Part shown: in pieces, positions 51,670 through 61,560 of the stretch | Layout: each line of letters opens with the position of its first letter | How positions within the stretch are numbered: the first letter of the stretch is position 1 | Source: Patescibacteria group bacterium | GTDB taxonomy: Bacteria > Patescibacteriota > Minisyncoccia > UBA6257 > GWB1-50-10 | Length of the DNA stretch: 64,000 nt | Assembly (NCBI GenBank): GCA_023474215.1 | Contig: JAMCYI010000013.1 | Coordinates: forward strand, 16,168 to 80,167 | Reading direction: 5' to 3' | The notes under the pieces: model-generated | What the model saw: only the letters and a program-made list of their open reading frames with translations | Database searches by the model: none | Told to the model about the DNA's origin: nothing | Program-made: the position numbers and the translations under genes

Positions 51670-52869
51670 ATGGCAGAAAAAGAAAAATACGTAAGAACCA
51701 AACCGCACGTCAACGTTGGGACGATCGGTCACGTGGACCACGGAAAAACGACATTGACCGCGGCCATCACCCACGTCCTTCACATGAAGGGTTTGGCGAA
51801 GAAGGAAGAAGCCGTCGATCAAATCGATAATGCGCCGGAAGAAAGAGCACGCGGCATTACGATCGCGTTGCACCACTCCGAATACGAATCGGAAAAGCGC
51901 CACTATGCGCATATCGATGCTCCGGGACATGCCGATTACATCAAGAACATGATCACGGGCGCCGCACAAATGGACGGCGCAATCCTCGTCGTTTCGGCAG
52001 CTGACGGCCCGATGCCGCAGACGCGGGAGCACATCTTACTCGCATACCAAGTCGGCGTTCCGAAGATCATCGTTTTCCTGAACAAGGTGGACATGGTCGA
52101 CGATCCGGAACTCATCGATCTCGTCGAATCGGAAGTTAGAGAACTTTTGAAGAAGTATCATTTCGACGGAGATGCGACTCCGATCATCCGCGGGTCTGCA
52201 TTGAAAGCGCTCGAAGCGAAATCAGCCGATGACGAAGCTGCAAAGCCGATCCTCGAGCTCGTGAAAGCGTTAGATGATTACATTCCTGAACCGGTCCGTG
52301 CAATCGACAAACCGTTCCTGATGCCGATCGAAGACATCTTTTCGATCGAAGGACGCGGAACCGTCGTAACCGGAAGGGTTGAACGGGGGATCGTCAAAGT
52401 GAACGACGAAGTGGAAATCATCGGTCTCCGGCCGACGACGAAGACGGTCATCACCGGCATCGAAATGTTCCAAAAAACCCTCGATGAAGGGCAGGCAGGC
52501 GATAACGTGGGAGTCCTCCTCCGCGGCTTGAAGAAAGAAGACGTAGAGCGGGGCCAAGTCATCGCAAAGCCAGGCAGCGTTACGCCTCACACCGAATTCA
52601 CGGCGGAGGTGTACGTCCTCTCAAAAGAAGAAGGCGGCCGGCACACGCCGTTCTTCAAGGGGTATAAACCGCAATTCTACATCAGAACGACCGACGTGAC
52701 GGGAGAAGTCACGCTTCCGGAAGGGACCGAAATGGTCATGCCGGGAGATACGGTGAACATCACGGTGAAGCTCATTGCACCGGTCGCCCTTGAAGAGCAG
52801 CAACGGTTCGCCATTCGCGAAGGCGGCAAAACCGTCGGCGCCGGAGTCGTCACAAAGATCATCAAATAA
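51670..52869 (+). CDS. tuf: elongation factor Tu
   Basis: [25 protein letters not shown]. Confidence 0.99.
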   Translation: MAEKEKYVRTKPHVNVGTIGHVDHGKTTLTAAITHVLHMKGLAKKEEAVDQIDNAPEERARGITIALHHSEYESEKRHYAHIDAPGHADYIKNMITGAAQMDGAILVVSAADGPMPQTREHILLAYQVGVPKIIVFLNKVDMVDDPELIDLVESEVRELLKKYHFDGDATPIIRGSALKALEAKSADDEAAKPILELVKALDDYIPEPVRAIDKPFLMPIEDIFSIEGRGTVVTGRVERGIVKVNDEVEIIGLRPTTKTVITGIEMFQKTLDEGQAGDNVGVLLRGLKKEDVERGQVIAKPGSVTPHTEFTAEVYVLSKEEGGRHTPFFKGYKPQFYIRTTDVTGEVTLPEGTEMVMPGDTVNITVKLIAPVALEEQQRFAIREGGKTVGAGVVTKIIK

Positions 52870-52901
52870 CTAACCATCCATCGCAGCTCTTTCAAACGAC
52901 A

Positions 52902-53234
52902 ATGCCCAAAAAAGATTCAGATCTCCAAAAAGACAAATTGAGAATAAAGATCAAAGCGTACGATCCAAAATTGATCGACAACTCTGTCCGCCAGATCATC
53001 GAAACGATCAAGCGGCAGGGTGGCGAAATCGTAGGACCGATACCTTTGCCGACCGAGTTCAAGAAATATACCGTGAACCGTTCGACGTTCGTGCACAAAA
53101 AATCGAGGGAGCAGTTCGAGCTTCGCATTCACAAACGGCTTCTCGATATCATGAGCCCCGAACAAAAAACGATAGAATCCTTGACCGACCTCAACTTGCC
53201 TTCGGGCGTGGACGTTGAAATCAAGATGGAGTAG
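52902..53234 (+). CDS. rpsJ: 30S ribosomal protein S10
   Basis: GPIPLPT, SREQFELRIHKRL. Confidence 0.98.
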   Translation: MPKKDSDLQKDKLRIKIKAYDPKLIDNSVRQIIETIKRQGGEIVGPIPLPTEFKKYTVNRSTFVHKKSREQFELRIHKRLLDIMSPEQKTIESLTDLNLPSGVDVEIKME

Positions 53235-53257
53235 GGATCGAACAAAGAGCACCAATA

Positions 53258-53284
53258 CAAACACCGCCATCTCGGCGGTGTTTG
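53258..53284 (+). terminator. hairpin terminator after rpsJ
   Basis: CAAACACCGCC-ATCTC-GGCGGTGTTTG. Confidence 0.7.
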
Positions 53285-53294
53285 CGTTATGCCA

Positions 53295-53437
53295 CAGGGA
53301 GGATTTTCTTCTCGCAAACACGCGTCGCGTTTCCCGGCGCGAAACGCGCGCTCGTGCTCATTCTCGCTCTTCTCGCTCCGCTCGAAACCATGCCCGCTCG
53401 GACTCCGCAACGGTTTTCTCAGAGAAAATCCTCCCTG
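53295..53437 (-). repeat. structured dispersed element family A, copy A3
   Basis: Perfect 15-bp stem CAGGGAGGATTTTCT/AGAAAATCCTCCCTG; core CGGAGTCCGAGCGGGCATGGTT...AGAGCGAG on the minus strand. Confidence 0.8.
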
Positions 53438-53455
53438 CGAATCCAATCACAACGA

Positions 53456-53606
53456 GCAGATATCCATCATATCCGAACGGGCAGCTCTCGGAGGCGAAAA
53501 AGCTCGGTTCCGCCCGTGAGGCGGATTTTTCGCCGAGAGCGCAGGATGGCTTTCGCCGCCGGAGCGAAAGAACGCCCGGTGCTGAGAGGATATGATGGAT
53601 ATCTGC
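53456..53606 (+). repeat. structured element B with perfect 19-bp terminal inverted repeat
   Basis: GCAGATATCCATCATATCC/GGATATGATGGATATCTGC enclosing stems CGGGC/GCCCG, GCTCTCG/CGAGAGC, GCGAAAAA/TTTTTCGC, TCCGCC/GGCGGA, CTTTCGC/GCGAAAG. Confidence 0.75.
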
Positions 53607-53616
53607 GACTCTCCTG

Positions 53617-53645
53617 TTGACAAAAAATGCCCTTTTGTCTACTAT
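53617..53645 (+). promoter_or_regulatory. rplC operon promoter
   Basis: TTGACA-N17-TACTAT. Confidence 0.75.
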
Positions 53646-53719
53646 AAGACCCAAGGAGACAAGTAGCCAAAAGAACGACCGTGGCGAAGTCCCGGCCATT
53701 TTTTTTGACCATACTAACC

Positions 53720-54139
53720 ATGAAAGTCAGCGGCACAAAACTAAAAATGTCTCAAGTTTGGAAGGAAGACGAGTGCATAGCCGTCACGCCGGTTAAAGTT
53801 GCCGAAAACTCCGATCTTTCAGAAGTGAAAGAGGGGGAATTGGTAAAAGTAAGCGGCACAACGAAAGGGCGTGGTTTTCAAGGCGTTGTGAAACGGCATG
53901 GCTTCCACGGAGGTCCCAAGAGCCACGGACAAAAAGACCGTTTGCGCGCTCCTGGATCGAACGGTCCGACGGCACCCCAAAGAACCATCAAAGGAAGAAG
54001 GATGGCAGGACACATGGGTGTCGAAAGAGTGACCGTCAAAAATCTGGAAGTCATCGGCGTCAAAGCTGACGAAAAGATCGTCCTTATGAAGGGGGCGATC
54101 CCCGGACCGGTCGGCGGAAAAATCGAAATACAAAAATGA
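53720..54139 (+). CDS. rplC: 50S ribosomal protein L3 (short, 139 aa)
   Basis: GTKLKMSQ, KGRGFQGVVKRH, RAPGS, MAGHMG, KGAIPG. Confidence 0.95.
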   Translation: MKVSGTKLKMSQVWKEDECIAVTPVKVAENSDLSEVKEGELVKVSGTTKGRGFQGVVKRHGFHGGPKSHGQKDRLRAPGSNGPTAPQRTIKGRRMAGHMGVERVTVKNLEVIGVKADEKIVLMKGAIPGPVGGKIEIQK

Positions 54140-54765
54140 AACTGGACGTTTTTGATAAGGCCAATAAAAAGACGGGAACCGTTGAGGTATCAGAATCGCT
54201 TTTTGCCGTAAAATGGAATCCCGATCTCGTTCATCAAGCCTTCGTGGCATTTACCTCGAACGGAAGGCGGCCGTGGGCGCACACCAAAGACCGATCAGAG
54301 GTTTCCGGCGGCGGTAAGAAGCCGTGGAGCCAAAAGCATACCGGCCGTTCGCGGCATGGTTCGACCCGGTCACCGCTTTGGATCGGCGGCGGCGTCACCT
54401 TCGGACCGCGGAACGAGAAGGATTATTCGAAGAAGATCAACGCAAAAATGAAAAAGCTTGCTTTGCTTTCAGTCCTCTCCAAAAAGATCAAGGATAACGA
54501 CATGAAGATAGTGGACGATCTCAATTTAGAAGCACCGAAAACGAAGAAAGCAGCCGAAGTCATGAAAAATCTGTCGGAGAAACGCGGCCGGGTCCTTTTG
54601 GTCGTTGAACCAAAAAATAAAACGGCGCTTTTGGCCTTCCGCAATCTTCCAACCGTTGAACTTTCGACGCCGCAATCCCTGAACATCTATGAATCTCTTC
54701 TTTCTCGGAAGATCTTTTTCGAGAAGGAGGCCTTGTCGACGTTCGCTAAAAAATACGAAAAATAG
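54136..54765 (+). CDS. rplD: 50S ribosomal protein L4
   Basis: EVSGGGKKPWSQKHTGRSRHGS. Confidence 0.98.
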   Translation: MKLDVFDKANKKTGTVEVSESLFAVKWNPDLVHQAFVAFTSNGRRPWAHTKDRSEVSGGGKKPWSQKHTGRSRHGSTRSPLWIGGGVTFGPRNEKDYSKKINAKMKKLALLSVLSKKIKDNDMKIVDDLNLEAPKTKKAAEVMKNLSEKRGRVLLVVEPKNKTALLAFRNLPTVELSTPQSLNIYESLLSRKIFFEKEALSTFAKKYEK

Positions 54766-54767
54766 CC

Positions 54768-55154
54768 ATGGCCATTTTTAAAAAACAACCGAAAACCGCA
54801 CAGGAAGAGCCCGCAGTCAAAGCGGAACAACCCAAGGCGGAACAGCAAAAGAAGGCCGAACCGAAAAAAGCGGCAAAGCACGCAGCGCGGAACGTTTTGG
54901 TAAAGCCGTGGATCACCGAACGGGCGACCGATCTTTCGGCGCTCAATAAATACGTCTTTCTTGTCGACGGGTCCGCAACAAAGCCGCTCGTCAAAGAAAA
55001 CATCGCCGAACGCTACAACGTGAAGCCCACGGCCGTCGACATCGTGAACATAAAGGGAAAACTGAAATACTTCAGGAACCAACCTCGTCGGCGCCAGTCG
55101 ATCAAAAAAGCGATCATAACCCTCAAAAAAGGGGATAAGATCGAAATACAATAA
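54768..55154 (+). CDS. rplW: 50S ribosomal protein L23 (N-terminal extension)
   Basis: PWITERA, YVFLV, KKAIITL. Confidence 0.95.
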   Translation: MAIFKKQPKTAQEEPAVKAEQPKAEQQKKAEPKKAAKHAARNVLVKPWITERATDLSALNKYVFLVDGSATKPLVKENIAERYNVKPTAVDIVNIKGKLKYFRNQPRRRQSIKKAIITLKKGDKIEIQ

Positions 55155-55156
55155 CC

Positions 55157-55981
55157 ATGATCAAGAAACTGAACCCCCGAACTCCATCAACGAGATCAAT
55201 GACGGTAGCCGACTATCGGGGTCTTTCCGCCGTGAAACCCCGAAAACAGCTCACCGAGCGCCTCAAGAAAAACGCCGGAAGGAACAATCAGGGGAAAATT
55301 TCCATGCGGCACCAAGGGGGCGGGAACAAGATCGTCTATCGCCAGATCGACTTCAAGCAATCGAAGATCGGCATACCGGGGAAGATAGAAACCATCGAAT
55401 ACGATCCATACCGAACCGCTTTCATCGCCCTCGTCCTCTATGCGGACGGGGAACGAAGGTATATTTTGGCGCCACACACCATGAAGGTTGGCGACCGCAT
55501 CCTTACGGACCCCAATGCACCTCTCGAGAACGGCATGAGGACCGTTTTGAAACGGATTCCCGTCGGAGCATTCGTCCACAACGTGGAATTGCAGCCGGGA
55601 ACGGGAGGGCAACTCATCCGCTCTGCGGGAGCGTCGGCACAAATCCTCGCGCACGAAGACGGCTACACGCATCTCAAAATGCCGTCCGGTGAAATAAGAA
55701 AAATACTGTGGGATTGCTACGCTTCCATTGGACAAATATCCAATCCAGAATATAATTTGGTAACACTCGGCAAGGCGGGACGATCGCGGTGGCTGAACAT
55801 CCGGCCGACCGTCCGCGGCTCCGTCATGAACCCGCGGGATCACCCTTACGGCGGCGGCGAAGGCCGGCAACCGCGGGGAACCAGGAAACCCAAGACCAAA
55901 TGGGGGAAGATCACCGGTGGTCACAAAACCAGGAGAAAGAACCGGTATTCAAATAAACTTATCGTCAAACGAAGAAAATAA
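55157..55981 (+). CDS. rplB: 50S ribosomal protein L2
   Basis: [27 protein letters not shown]. Confidence 0.99.
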   Translation: MIKKLNPRTPSTRSMTVADYRGLSAVKPRKQLTERLKKNAGRNNQGKISMRHQGGGNKIVYRQIDFKQSKIGIPGKIETIEYDPYRTAFIALVLYADGERRYILAPHTMKVGDRILTDPNAPLENGMRTVLKRIPVGAFVHNVELQPGTGGQLIRSAGASAQILAHEDGYTHLKMPSGEIRKILWDCYASIGQISNPEYNLVTLGKAGRSRWLNIRPTVRGSVMNPRDHPYGGGEGRQPRGTRKPKTKWGKITGGHKTRRKNRYSNKLIVKRRK

Positions 55982-55985
55982 AACC

Positions 55986-56303
55986 ATGTCACGATCAAGC
56001 AAAAAAGGTCCGTTTGTGGATCCCAAACTCCTGAAGAAGATCTCGAAACTGAAAGCGAGCGATGCGCCAGCCATTAAAACGTGGTCGCGCGATTCTGAAA
56101 TCTCTCCCGAGATGGTCGGATTCCTTTTTCTCGTCCACAATGGAAAGAACTTCATTGAAGTTCGCATCAACGAGGACATGGTCGGACATCACCTCGGCGA
56201 ATTCGCGCCGACAAGGAAATTCATCAAGCACGGCGGAAAGATGCAAAAAGAACTCGAAAAAGGAGCAACGCCGGCGCCGGCGCCTGCAGCGGGCAATAAA
56301 TAA
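55986..56303 (+). CDS. rpsS: 30S ribosomal protein S19
   Basis: [22 protein letters not shown]. Confidence 0.98.
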   Translation: MSRSSKKGPFVDPKLLKKISKLKASDAPAIKTWSRDSEISPEMVGFLFLVHNGKNFIEVRINEDMVGHHLGEFAPTRKFIKHGGKMQKELEKGATPAPAPAAGNK

Positions 56304-56854
56304 TGAATTCTATGGCGAATGAAGTAACTGAAATAAAAGCAACCCTCAAGTACCTCCGCATGCCTCATCGGAAGGTGCGTTTTGTCGCGGACCTTTTGAA
56401 AAACCTTCCCGTGGACGTTGCCGAAGCGAAGCTCACTGTGAATCCGAGGCGCTCCAAGGAACCCTTATTGAAGCTTTTGCGATCGGCCGTTTCGAACGCC
56501 GCAACCAATCACCATCTCGACACGAAAAAACTGTTCGTCAAAACGATAACGGTGGACAACGGCCCGATGTTCAAGCGATGGATAACCCGATCGCGGGGAG
56601 GCGTCGACCCGATCCAAAAAAAGACGAGTCACGTGACAATGGTCTTAGGAGTTTCCGATCACCAGGTCGGGGGCGCATTTACGTTCGTACGAACCAAAAA
56701 ATCCAAGAAGGAAACCAAACCGGAAAAAGAAGAAAAGCAAACCAAACAGCCGAAACAAGAACCGGTCATAAAAGAAATGAAAGAGATCGACACGCCAAAA
56801 CCAGCGGCTGAAACCGGAGCGCTGAAGAAGGTTTTCAGAAGGAAAGCGATCTAA
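56303..56854 (+). CDS. rplV: 50S ribosomal protein L22 (C-terminal extension)
   Basis: KVRFVADL, LLRSAVSNA, KKTSHVT; start may be 56312. Confidence 0.96.
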   Translation: MNSMANEVTEIKATLKYLRMPHRKVRFVADLLKNLPVDVAEAKLTVNPRRSKEPLLKLLRSAVSNAATNHHLDTKKLFVKTITVDNGPMFKRWITRSRGGVDPIQKKTSHVTMVLGVSDHQVGGAFTFVRTKKSKKETKPEKEEKQTKQPKQEPVIKEMKEIDTPKPAAETGALKKVFRRKAI

Positions 56855-56868
56855 AAATATTTAAAGAC

Positions 56869-57540
56869 ATGGCTCAAAAAATAAAACCAAATGCATACCG
56901 GCTCGGAGTGACCATCCCATGGTCATCGCGATGGTTCTTGAAAAAATCGAACAAATTCTTTGTGGAAGAGGATCATATGATCCGTGAGATCATCAATGCC
57001 TCGATCCTGCCTGCCGGCATCGCAGCAATCGACATTGAACGCGCAGGCGAAAACGTCCGCGTGAACATCAAATCCGCCAAGCCGGGACTCATTATCGGCA
57101 GGGGAGGGAAAGGCATCGAAGAGCTGAAAAACAAGATCCAAAAGGCGCTGAAAAAACTGAGGAAGAAGAATACTATCAATCAAAACTTTTCGCTGAATAT
57201 CAACATCGAAGAGCTCAAACGATTCGAAATTTCCGCAGCCGTCATCGCGCAGCAATTAGCGGCAGATCTCCAAAAGAGGCTTCCGTACCGGCGCGTCATG
57301 AAGCGGGGATTGGAATCGATCATGCAAAATCGGGATGTGAAGGGAGCGAAGATTAAAATGGGCGGCCGTCTCGACGGCGCGGAAATATCGAGAAGCGATT
57401 TTCTCTTGAAGGGCAAAATGCCCCTCTCAAGCCTCCGATCGAACATCGATTACGGCGAGGCGACATCGCACAATTCATACGGCACCGTCGGCATCAAAGT
57501 ATGGATCTATAAAGGCGAGATTTTTGAAGAAACCAAGTAA
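56869..57540 (+). CDS. rpsC: 30S ribosomal protein S3
   Basis: QKIKPNAYRLG, PGLIIGRGG, GRLDGAEISR. Confidence 0.98.
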   Translation: MAQKIKPNAYRLGVTIPWSSRWFLKKSNKFFVEEDHMIREIINASILPAGIAAIDIERAGENVRVNIKSAKPGLIIGRGGKGIEELKNKIQKALKKLRKKNTINQNFSLNINIEELKRFEISAAVIAQQLAADLQKRLPYRRVMKRGLESIMQNRDVKGAKIKMGGRLDGAEISRSDFLLKGKMPLSSLRSNIDYGEATSHNSYGTVGIKVWIYKGEIFEETK

Positions 57541-57549
57541 GAGACCGAC

Positions 57550-57966
57550 ATGTTTCTGCAACCAAAAAAACAAAAGCATCGAAAACAGCAAAAAGGAAGG
57601 TCCAAGAAACGGATGAAAGAGACAAGGGGACTCTCCTTGAGCTTTGGCACCGTCGGCCTTCAAGCAACCGAAGCGGCCTGGATAACGGGGCAGCAAATCG
57701 AAGCAGCGAGAAAATCGATCGCGCACGCTCTGAAAAAAGGCGGTAAGAGCTGGATCCGCATTTTCCCCGATAAACCGATCACAAAGCTTCCTCCGGAAGT
57801 GACGCTCGGAGGCGGCAAGGGAAACATCGATCATTATGTCGCCCCGGTACGCCCCGGCAGGGTTCTCTTTGAAATAGACGGCATACCGAAAGCAGCAGCC
57901 CATGAAGCGCTCCGCATCGCCGGACACAAACTTCCGGTCAAAACAAAAATCATCGAAAAGAACTAA
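57550..57966 (+). CDS. rplP: 50S ribosomal protein L16
   Basis: [21 protein letters not shown]. Confidence 0.98.
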   Translation: MFLQPKKQKHRKQQKGRSKKRMKETRGLSLSFGTVGLQATEAAWITGQQIEAARKSIAHALKKGGKSWIRIFPDKPITKLPPEVTLGGGKGNIDHYVAPVRPGRVLFEIDGIPKAAAHEALRIAGHKLPVKTKIIEKN

Positions 57967-57967
57967 C

Positions 57968-58168
57968 ATGGCGAAGAAAGAAGCAAAAAATTTAAACAAC
58001 GTTCCGATAATCGAATTGGAAAAAGAACTCGCGGAAGAGCGTCAAAAGCTCGTGGATTTGAAATTTAATCTGGCGGCTGGTAAAGTGAAGAACATCAAAG
58101 AGGTCAAAAAGACCAAGGTGAGGATAGCGCAAATCCTCACGGCTAAAAACGCGCGCAAAGAGAACTAA
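57968..58168 (+). CDS. rpmC: 50S ribosomal protein L29
   Basis: LVDLKF...IAQILT; operon position. Confidence 0.93.
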   Translation: MAKKEAKNLNNVPIIELEKELAEERQKLVDLKFNLAAGKVKNIKEVKKTKVRIAQILTAKNARKEN

Positions 58169-58172
58169 TACC

Positions 58173-58400
58173 ATGAGAAAACTCCAAGGCATCGTCGTTT
58201 CCGATAAAATGCAAAAAACGAGAATTGTGGAGGTTGAACGCCTGAAAAAACACCCCCGCTATCAGAAATTCTACAAAGTAACGCAGCGCTTCAAAGCGCA
58301 TGACGAGAAGAACGAATACAAGACGGGAGAAAAGGTGATCATCCAGGATTCGAGACCGCTCAGCAAAGATAAACGCTGGGTCATCAGCGGACGCGTATAA
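58173..58400 (+). CDS. rpsQ: 30S ribosomal protein S17
   Basis: GIVVSDKMQKT, RPLSKDKRW. Confidence 0.98.
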   Translation: MRKLQGIVVSDKMQKTRIVEVERLKKHPRYQKFYKVTQRFKAHDEKNEYKTGEKVIIQDSRPLSKDKRWVISGRV

Positions 58401-58404
58401 AATC

Positions 58405-58776
58405 ATGATACAGGAACGTTCCATATTAAAAGTGGCGGACAACTCGGGTGCGAAAATCGTACGGTGTTTCCGGATTTTGGGAGGCAGCAAGCGGAGATAT
58501 GCGCGCATCGGCGATGTCGTCGTGGCGTCCGTCCAAACCGCGGAACCTCGGAAACAGATCAAGAAAAAGGATATCGTGAACGTCTTGGTCGTCCGACAGC
58601 GTGAACCGCTGCGACGGAAAGACGGCTCCTATGTCCGGTTCGGCGACAATGCCGTCGTCATCATCGATAAGGATAAAAAAGAACCGAAGGCGACCAGGGT
58701 TTTCGGTCCGCTTCCGCGGGAAATAAAAGAACAGGGATACGACACCATCGCATCGCTTGCCGAAGAACTGGTGTAA
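58405..58776 (+). CDS. rplN: 50S ribosomal protein L14
   Basis: VADNSGAK, FGDNAVVII, TRVFGP. Confidence 0.98.
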   Translation: MIQERSILKVADNSGAKIVRCFRILGGSKRRYARIGDVVVASVQTAEPRKQIKKKDIVNVLVVRQREPLRRKDGSYVRFGDNAVVIIDKDKKEPKATRVFGPLPREIKEQGYDTIASLAEELV

Positions 58777-58782
58777 TACAAC

Positions 58783-59088
58783 ATGAAAATCAAGAAAGGG
58801 GACATGGTAAAAATAACGACGGGAAAAGATGCCGGAAAAAGCGGCAAGATTATTAATGTCGACTCGCGAGCCGGCAAAATAGTCGTTGAAGGGTTGAACA
58901 TATTCAAAAAGCACGCGCGCCCCAGAACACAAAACGAAAAAGGACAGATCGTCGACGTTCCGCGGCCGATACAAGCCTCGAACGTCTTACTCGTATGCCC
59001 TTCGTGCCATAAGCCGACGCGGATCGGCACAAAAATCAACGGAACGAAAAAGGAAAGAGTGTGCAGAAAATGCAAAGCGATCATATAA
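58783..59088 (+). CDS. rplX: 50S ribosomal protein L24
   Basis: IKKGDMV..TGKDAGKSG KOW motif. Confidence 0.97.
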   Translation: MKIKKGDMVKITTGKDAGKSGKIINVDSRAGKIVVEGLNIFKKHARPRTQNEKGQIVDVPRPIQASNVLLVCPSCHKPTRIGTKINGTKKERVCRKCKAII

Positions 59089-59093
59089 CGACC

Positions 59094-59576
59094 ATGGAAG
59101 ACTTTATGAAAAAAATCGAAAAAGTGGTGGTCAATTCCGGCATCGGGAGACGCAGCCAGGAAGATCATTTTGAAGACAAGGGCTTGCCGGAGATCGAGAA
59201 AGACCTTGCGGCAATCACCGGTCAAAAAGCTTCCCGGAGACAAGCGAAACAATCCATCGCTGGATTCAAAGTGCGCGCAGGGCAGATTATTGGTCTCAAG
59301 GTGACACTCCGGGGATCACGCATGAAAAATTTCTTGGAAAAAACCATCAATCTTGCTTTGCCCCGCGTTAAGGATTTTCGCGGATTGAACCTTTCAAATG
59401 TCGATGCGAACGGGAATTTGAACATTGGATTTAAAGATCAAACCGTTTTCCCGGAAATAGAATTGGAAAAAACAAGGACGATGTTCGGCATTCAAGTCAC
59501 GATCGTCCCAAAGGACAAAAATCGCGATGCTGCAATTGATTTATACCGCAACCTTGGGGTACCATTGAAGAAATAA
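59094..59576 (+). CDS. rplE: 50S ribosomal protein L5 (short N-terminus)
   Basis: [24 protein letters not shown]. Confidence 0.96.
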   Translation: MEDFMKKIEKVVVNSGIGRRSQEDHFEDKGLPEIEKDLAAITGQKASRRQAKQSIAGFKVRAGQIIGLKVTLRGSRMKNFLEKTINLALPRVKDFRGLNLSNVDANGNLNIGFKDQTVFPEIELEKTRTMFGIQVTIVPKDKNRDAAIDLYRNLGVPLKK

Positions 59577-59580
59577 ATTC

Positions 59581-59766
59581 ATGTCAAAGACATCTACCTA
59601 CGTACGATCCAAAAGAACGCCGAAATTCACGACCAGGAAAGTGAATCGCTGTTTTCGCTGCGGAAGAGCGCACGGTTACCTTCGGGATTTCAATCTTTGC
59701 AGGATTTGTTTCAGGGAACTCGCGAGCCGGGGCGAAATTCCGGGAATTAAAAAGGCAAGCTGGTAA
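59581..59766 (+). CDS. rpsN: 30S ribosomal protein S14 (zinc-binding type)
   Basis: NRCFRCGR...LCRICFRE. Confidence 0.97.
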   Translation: MSKTSTYVRSKRTPKFTTRKVNRCFRCGRAHGYLRDFNLCRICFRELASRGEIPGIKKASW

Positions 59767-59767
59767 T

Positions 59768-60139
59768 ATGTACATCGATCTCATCATAAAAATCAAAAAC
59801 GCCCAAAAGGCGAAAAAGGAAACCGTCAAGAGCCGCTATTCTAAATTGGACAAGGCGGTCGTCGACATTCTCGAAATGAAGGGCTTCGTCAAGAATTCCG
59901 AGGTCAAGGGAAAGGGATACAAGAAGTACATCGAGATGAACGTCATGGGGAGAAAGACGATCCAAGGCATACGGATCTTGAGCAAGCCTTCGGTCAAGCA
60001 ATATCTCGGCTATCGCGATATTCGGAGCGTTAAGAGCGGCTTCGGAACCCTCATTCTTTCGACACCGAAAGGGATCCTTTCGGGAAGTGATGCGAAAAAA
60101 CTCGGCGTCGGAGGTCAACTTTTGTTCGAAATTTGGTAA
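59768..60139 (+). CDS. rpsH: 30S ribosomal protein S8
   Basis: SKPSVKQY, ILSTPKG, GVGGQLL. Confidence 0.96.
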   Translation: MYIDLIIKIKNAQKAKKETVKSRYSKLDKAVVDILEMKGFVKNSEVKGKGYKKYIEMNVMGRKTIQGIRILSKPSVKQYLGYRDIRSVKSGFGTLILSTPKGILSGSDAKKLGVGGQLLFEIW

Positions 60140-60146
60140 CACTACT

Positions 60147-60698
60147 ATGTCAAAGATAGGCAAACAACCAATAACAATACCCGAAGGCGTCACCGTGACG
60201 GTTGCTGATAACCACGTTTCCGTAAAGGGCCCGAAGGGGGAGCTTACGATACCGATCCTTACGGGCATTACGGTTTCGATGGAGGACAAAGCCCTCACGA
60301 CGAAAGCGGAATCGCGCATCAAGCAAGTGAAGAGCAATTGGGGGACCGAACGAGCGCTCCTGCAAAATGCCGTAACGGGCGTCCTGAAAGGATTCGAAAA
60401 AACTCTCATTTTGGAAGGCGTCGGCTACCGCGTCATGAAAGAGGGTGAAAATTTGAACTTGAGCTTGGGATTTTCCCATCCGGTGAAATTCCCGGCTCCG
60501 AAAGGAATTTCCTTTGAAGTTGAAAAGAACTCGATCCTGAAGATAAGGGGGGTCGACAAGAACTTGGTCGGCAAAACGGCCGCGGACATACGGCAAATGA
60601 AGAAACCGGAACCGTACAAGGGTAAGGGATTCCACTACGAAGGGGAGGTGGTGCGAAGGAAGGCCGGCAAGAAAGCAGCAACCACATCAGCTGCATAA
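60147..60698 (+). CDS. rplF: 50S ribosomal protein L6
   Basis: SKIGKQPI, LGFSHP, PEPYKGKG. Confidence 0.98.
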   Translation: MSKIGKQPITIPEGVTVTVADNHVSVKGPKGELTIPILTGITVSMEDKALTTKAESRIKQVKSNWGTERALLQNAVTGVLKGFEKTLILEGVGYRVMKEGENLNLSLGFSHPVKFPAPKGISFEVEKNSILKIRGVDKNLVGKTAADIRQMKKPEPYKGKGFHYEGEVVRRKAGKKAATTSAA

Positions 60699-60701
60699 AC
60701 C

Positions 60702-61052
60702 ATGAAACAATCGTTAATCAACAAGAGGAATAATCGAAGGGCGATACGGACCCGGACGAAGATCAAGAGCGTCGGGAACGGCGTACGGCTTTCCGTTTTC
60801 AGAAGCAACACCAACGTCTACGCCCAAATCATCGACGATGCAACGGGGAAAACGCTCGTGTCGGCTTCTTCGCTTGAGACCAAAACAAAAGGAAAGAAAA
60901 CGGATGCTTCGAAAAATGTCGGAAAAACGATCGCAGAAAAAGCGCTGAAAGCGGGAATAAAGAAGGTGGTTTTTGACAAAGGGAAATACAAATATCACGG
61001 CCGGATCAAAGCGGTCGCCGAGGGCGCCCGGGAAGCGGGTCTTTCATTATAA
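60702..61052 (+). CDS. rplR: 50S ribosomal protein L18
   Basis: [25 protein letters not shown]. Confidence 0.98.
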   Translation: MKQSLINKRNNRRAIRTRTKIKSVGNGVRLSVFRSNTNVYAQIIDDATGKTLVSASSLETKTKGKKTDASKNVGKTIAEKALKAGIKKVVFDKGKYKYHGRIKAVAEGAREAGLSL

Positions 61053-61057
61053 ATTCC

Positions 61058-61555
61058 ATGAATCCACGAAACCCACACATAAAAAAGAAACCGAGCGAAT
61101 TTCAGGAAAAAGTGCTCGAAATAAAAAGGGTCACGAGAGTCGTTGCCGGAGGAAAAAGAATGAGCTTCCGGGCGACCATCGTCATCGGCGACAAGAAGGG
61201 GAGGGTCGGCCTCGGCATCGGCAAGGGGCTCGATGTTGCCGCTTCCGTCGAAAAGGCAAAACGGCAGGCTCAGAAGAACCTCATTACGGTGAATTTGAAG
61301 GACAGCCGGACGATCCCTCATGAGATAGAAGAAAAATACAGCGCCGCCAGAATCCGCTTGAAGCCGGCAAAACTGAACCATGGTCTCATCGCCGGCGGAT
61401 CGGCCAGGACCGTCCTCGAGCTCGCGGGAGTGCGGGACGTCTCCGCAAAGATCCTCGGCAGAACTACCAATAAACTGACGAATGCGCTCGCAACCATGAA
61501 CGCCCTCCGGAAACTCGCAAAGAAAGCGGAACCGTCGACCCCCGAAACCGTTTAA
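61058..61555 (+). CDS. rpsE: 30S ribosomal protein S5
   Basis: RVTRVVAGGKRMSF, GLIAGG. Confidence 0.98.
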   Translation: MNPRNPHIKKKPSEFQEKVLEIKRVTRVVAGGKRMSFRATIVIGDKKGRVGLGIGKGLDVAASVEKAKRQAQKNLITVNLKDSRTIPHEIEEKYSAARIRLKPAKLNHGLIAGGSARTVLELAGVRDVSAKILGRTTNKLTNALATMNALRKLAKKAEPSTPETV

Positions 61556-61560
61556 CATCC

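Noticed and set aside
53215-53736. Several 76-126-aa ORFs in the rpsJ-rplC gap and the 185-aa ORF at 24137
   Set aside because: Arg/Ser-rich translations of GC-rich palindromic elements, with no start signals or motifs.
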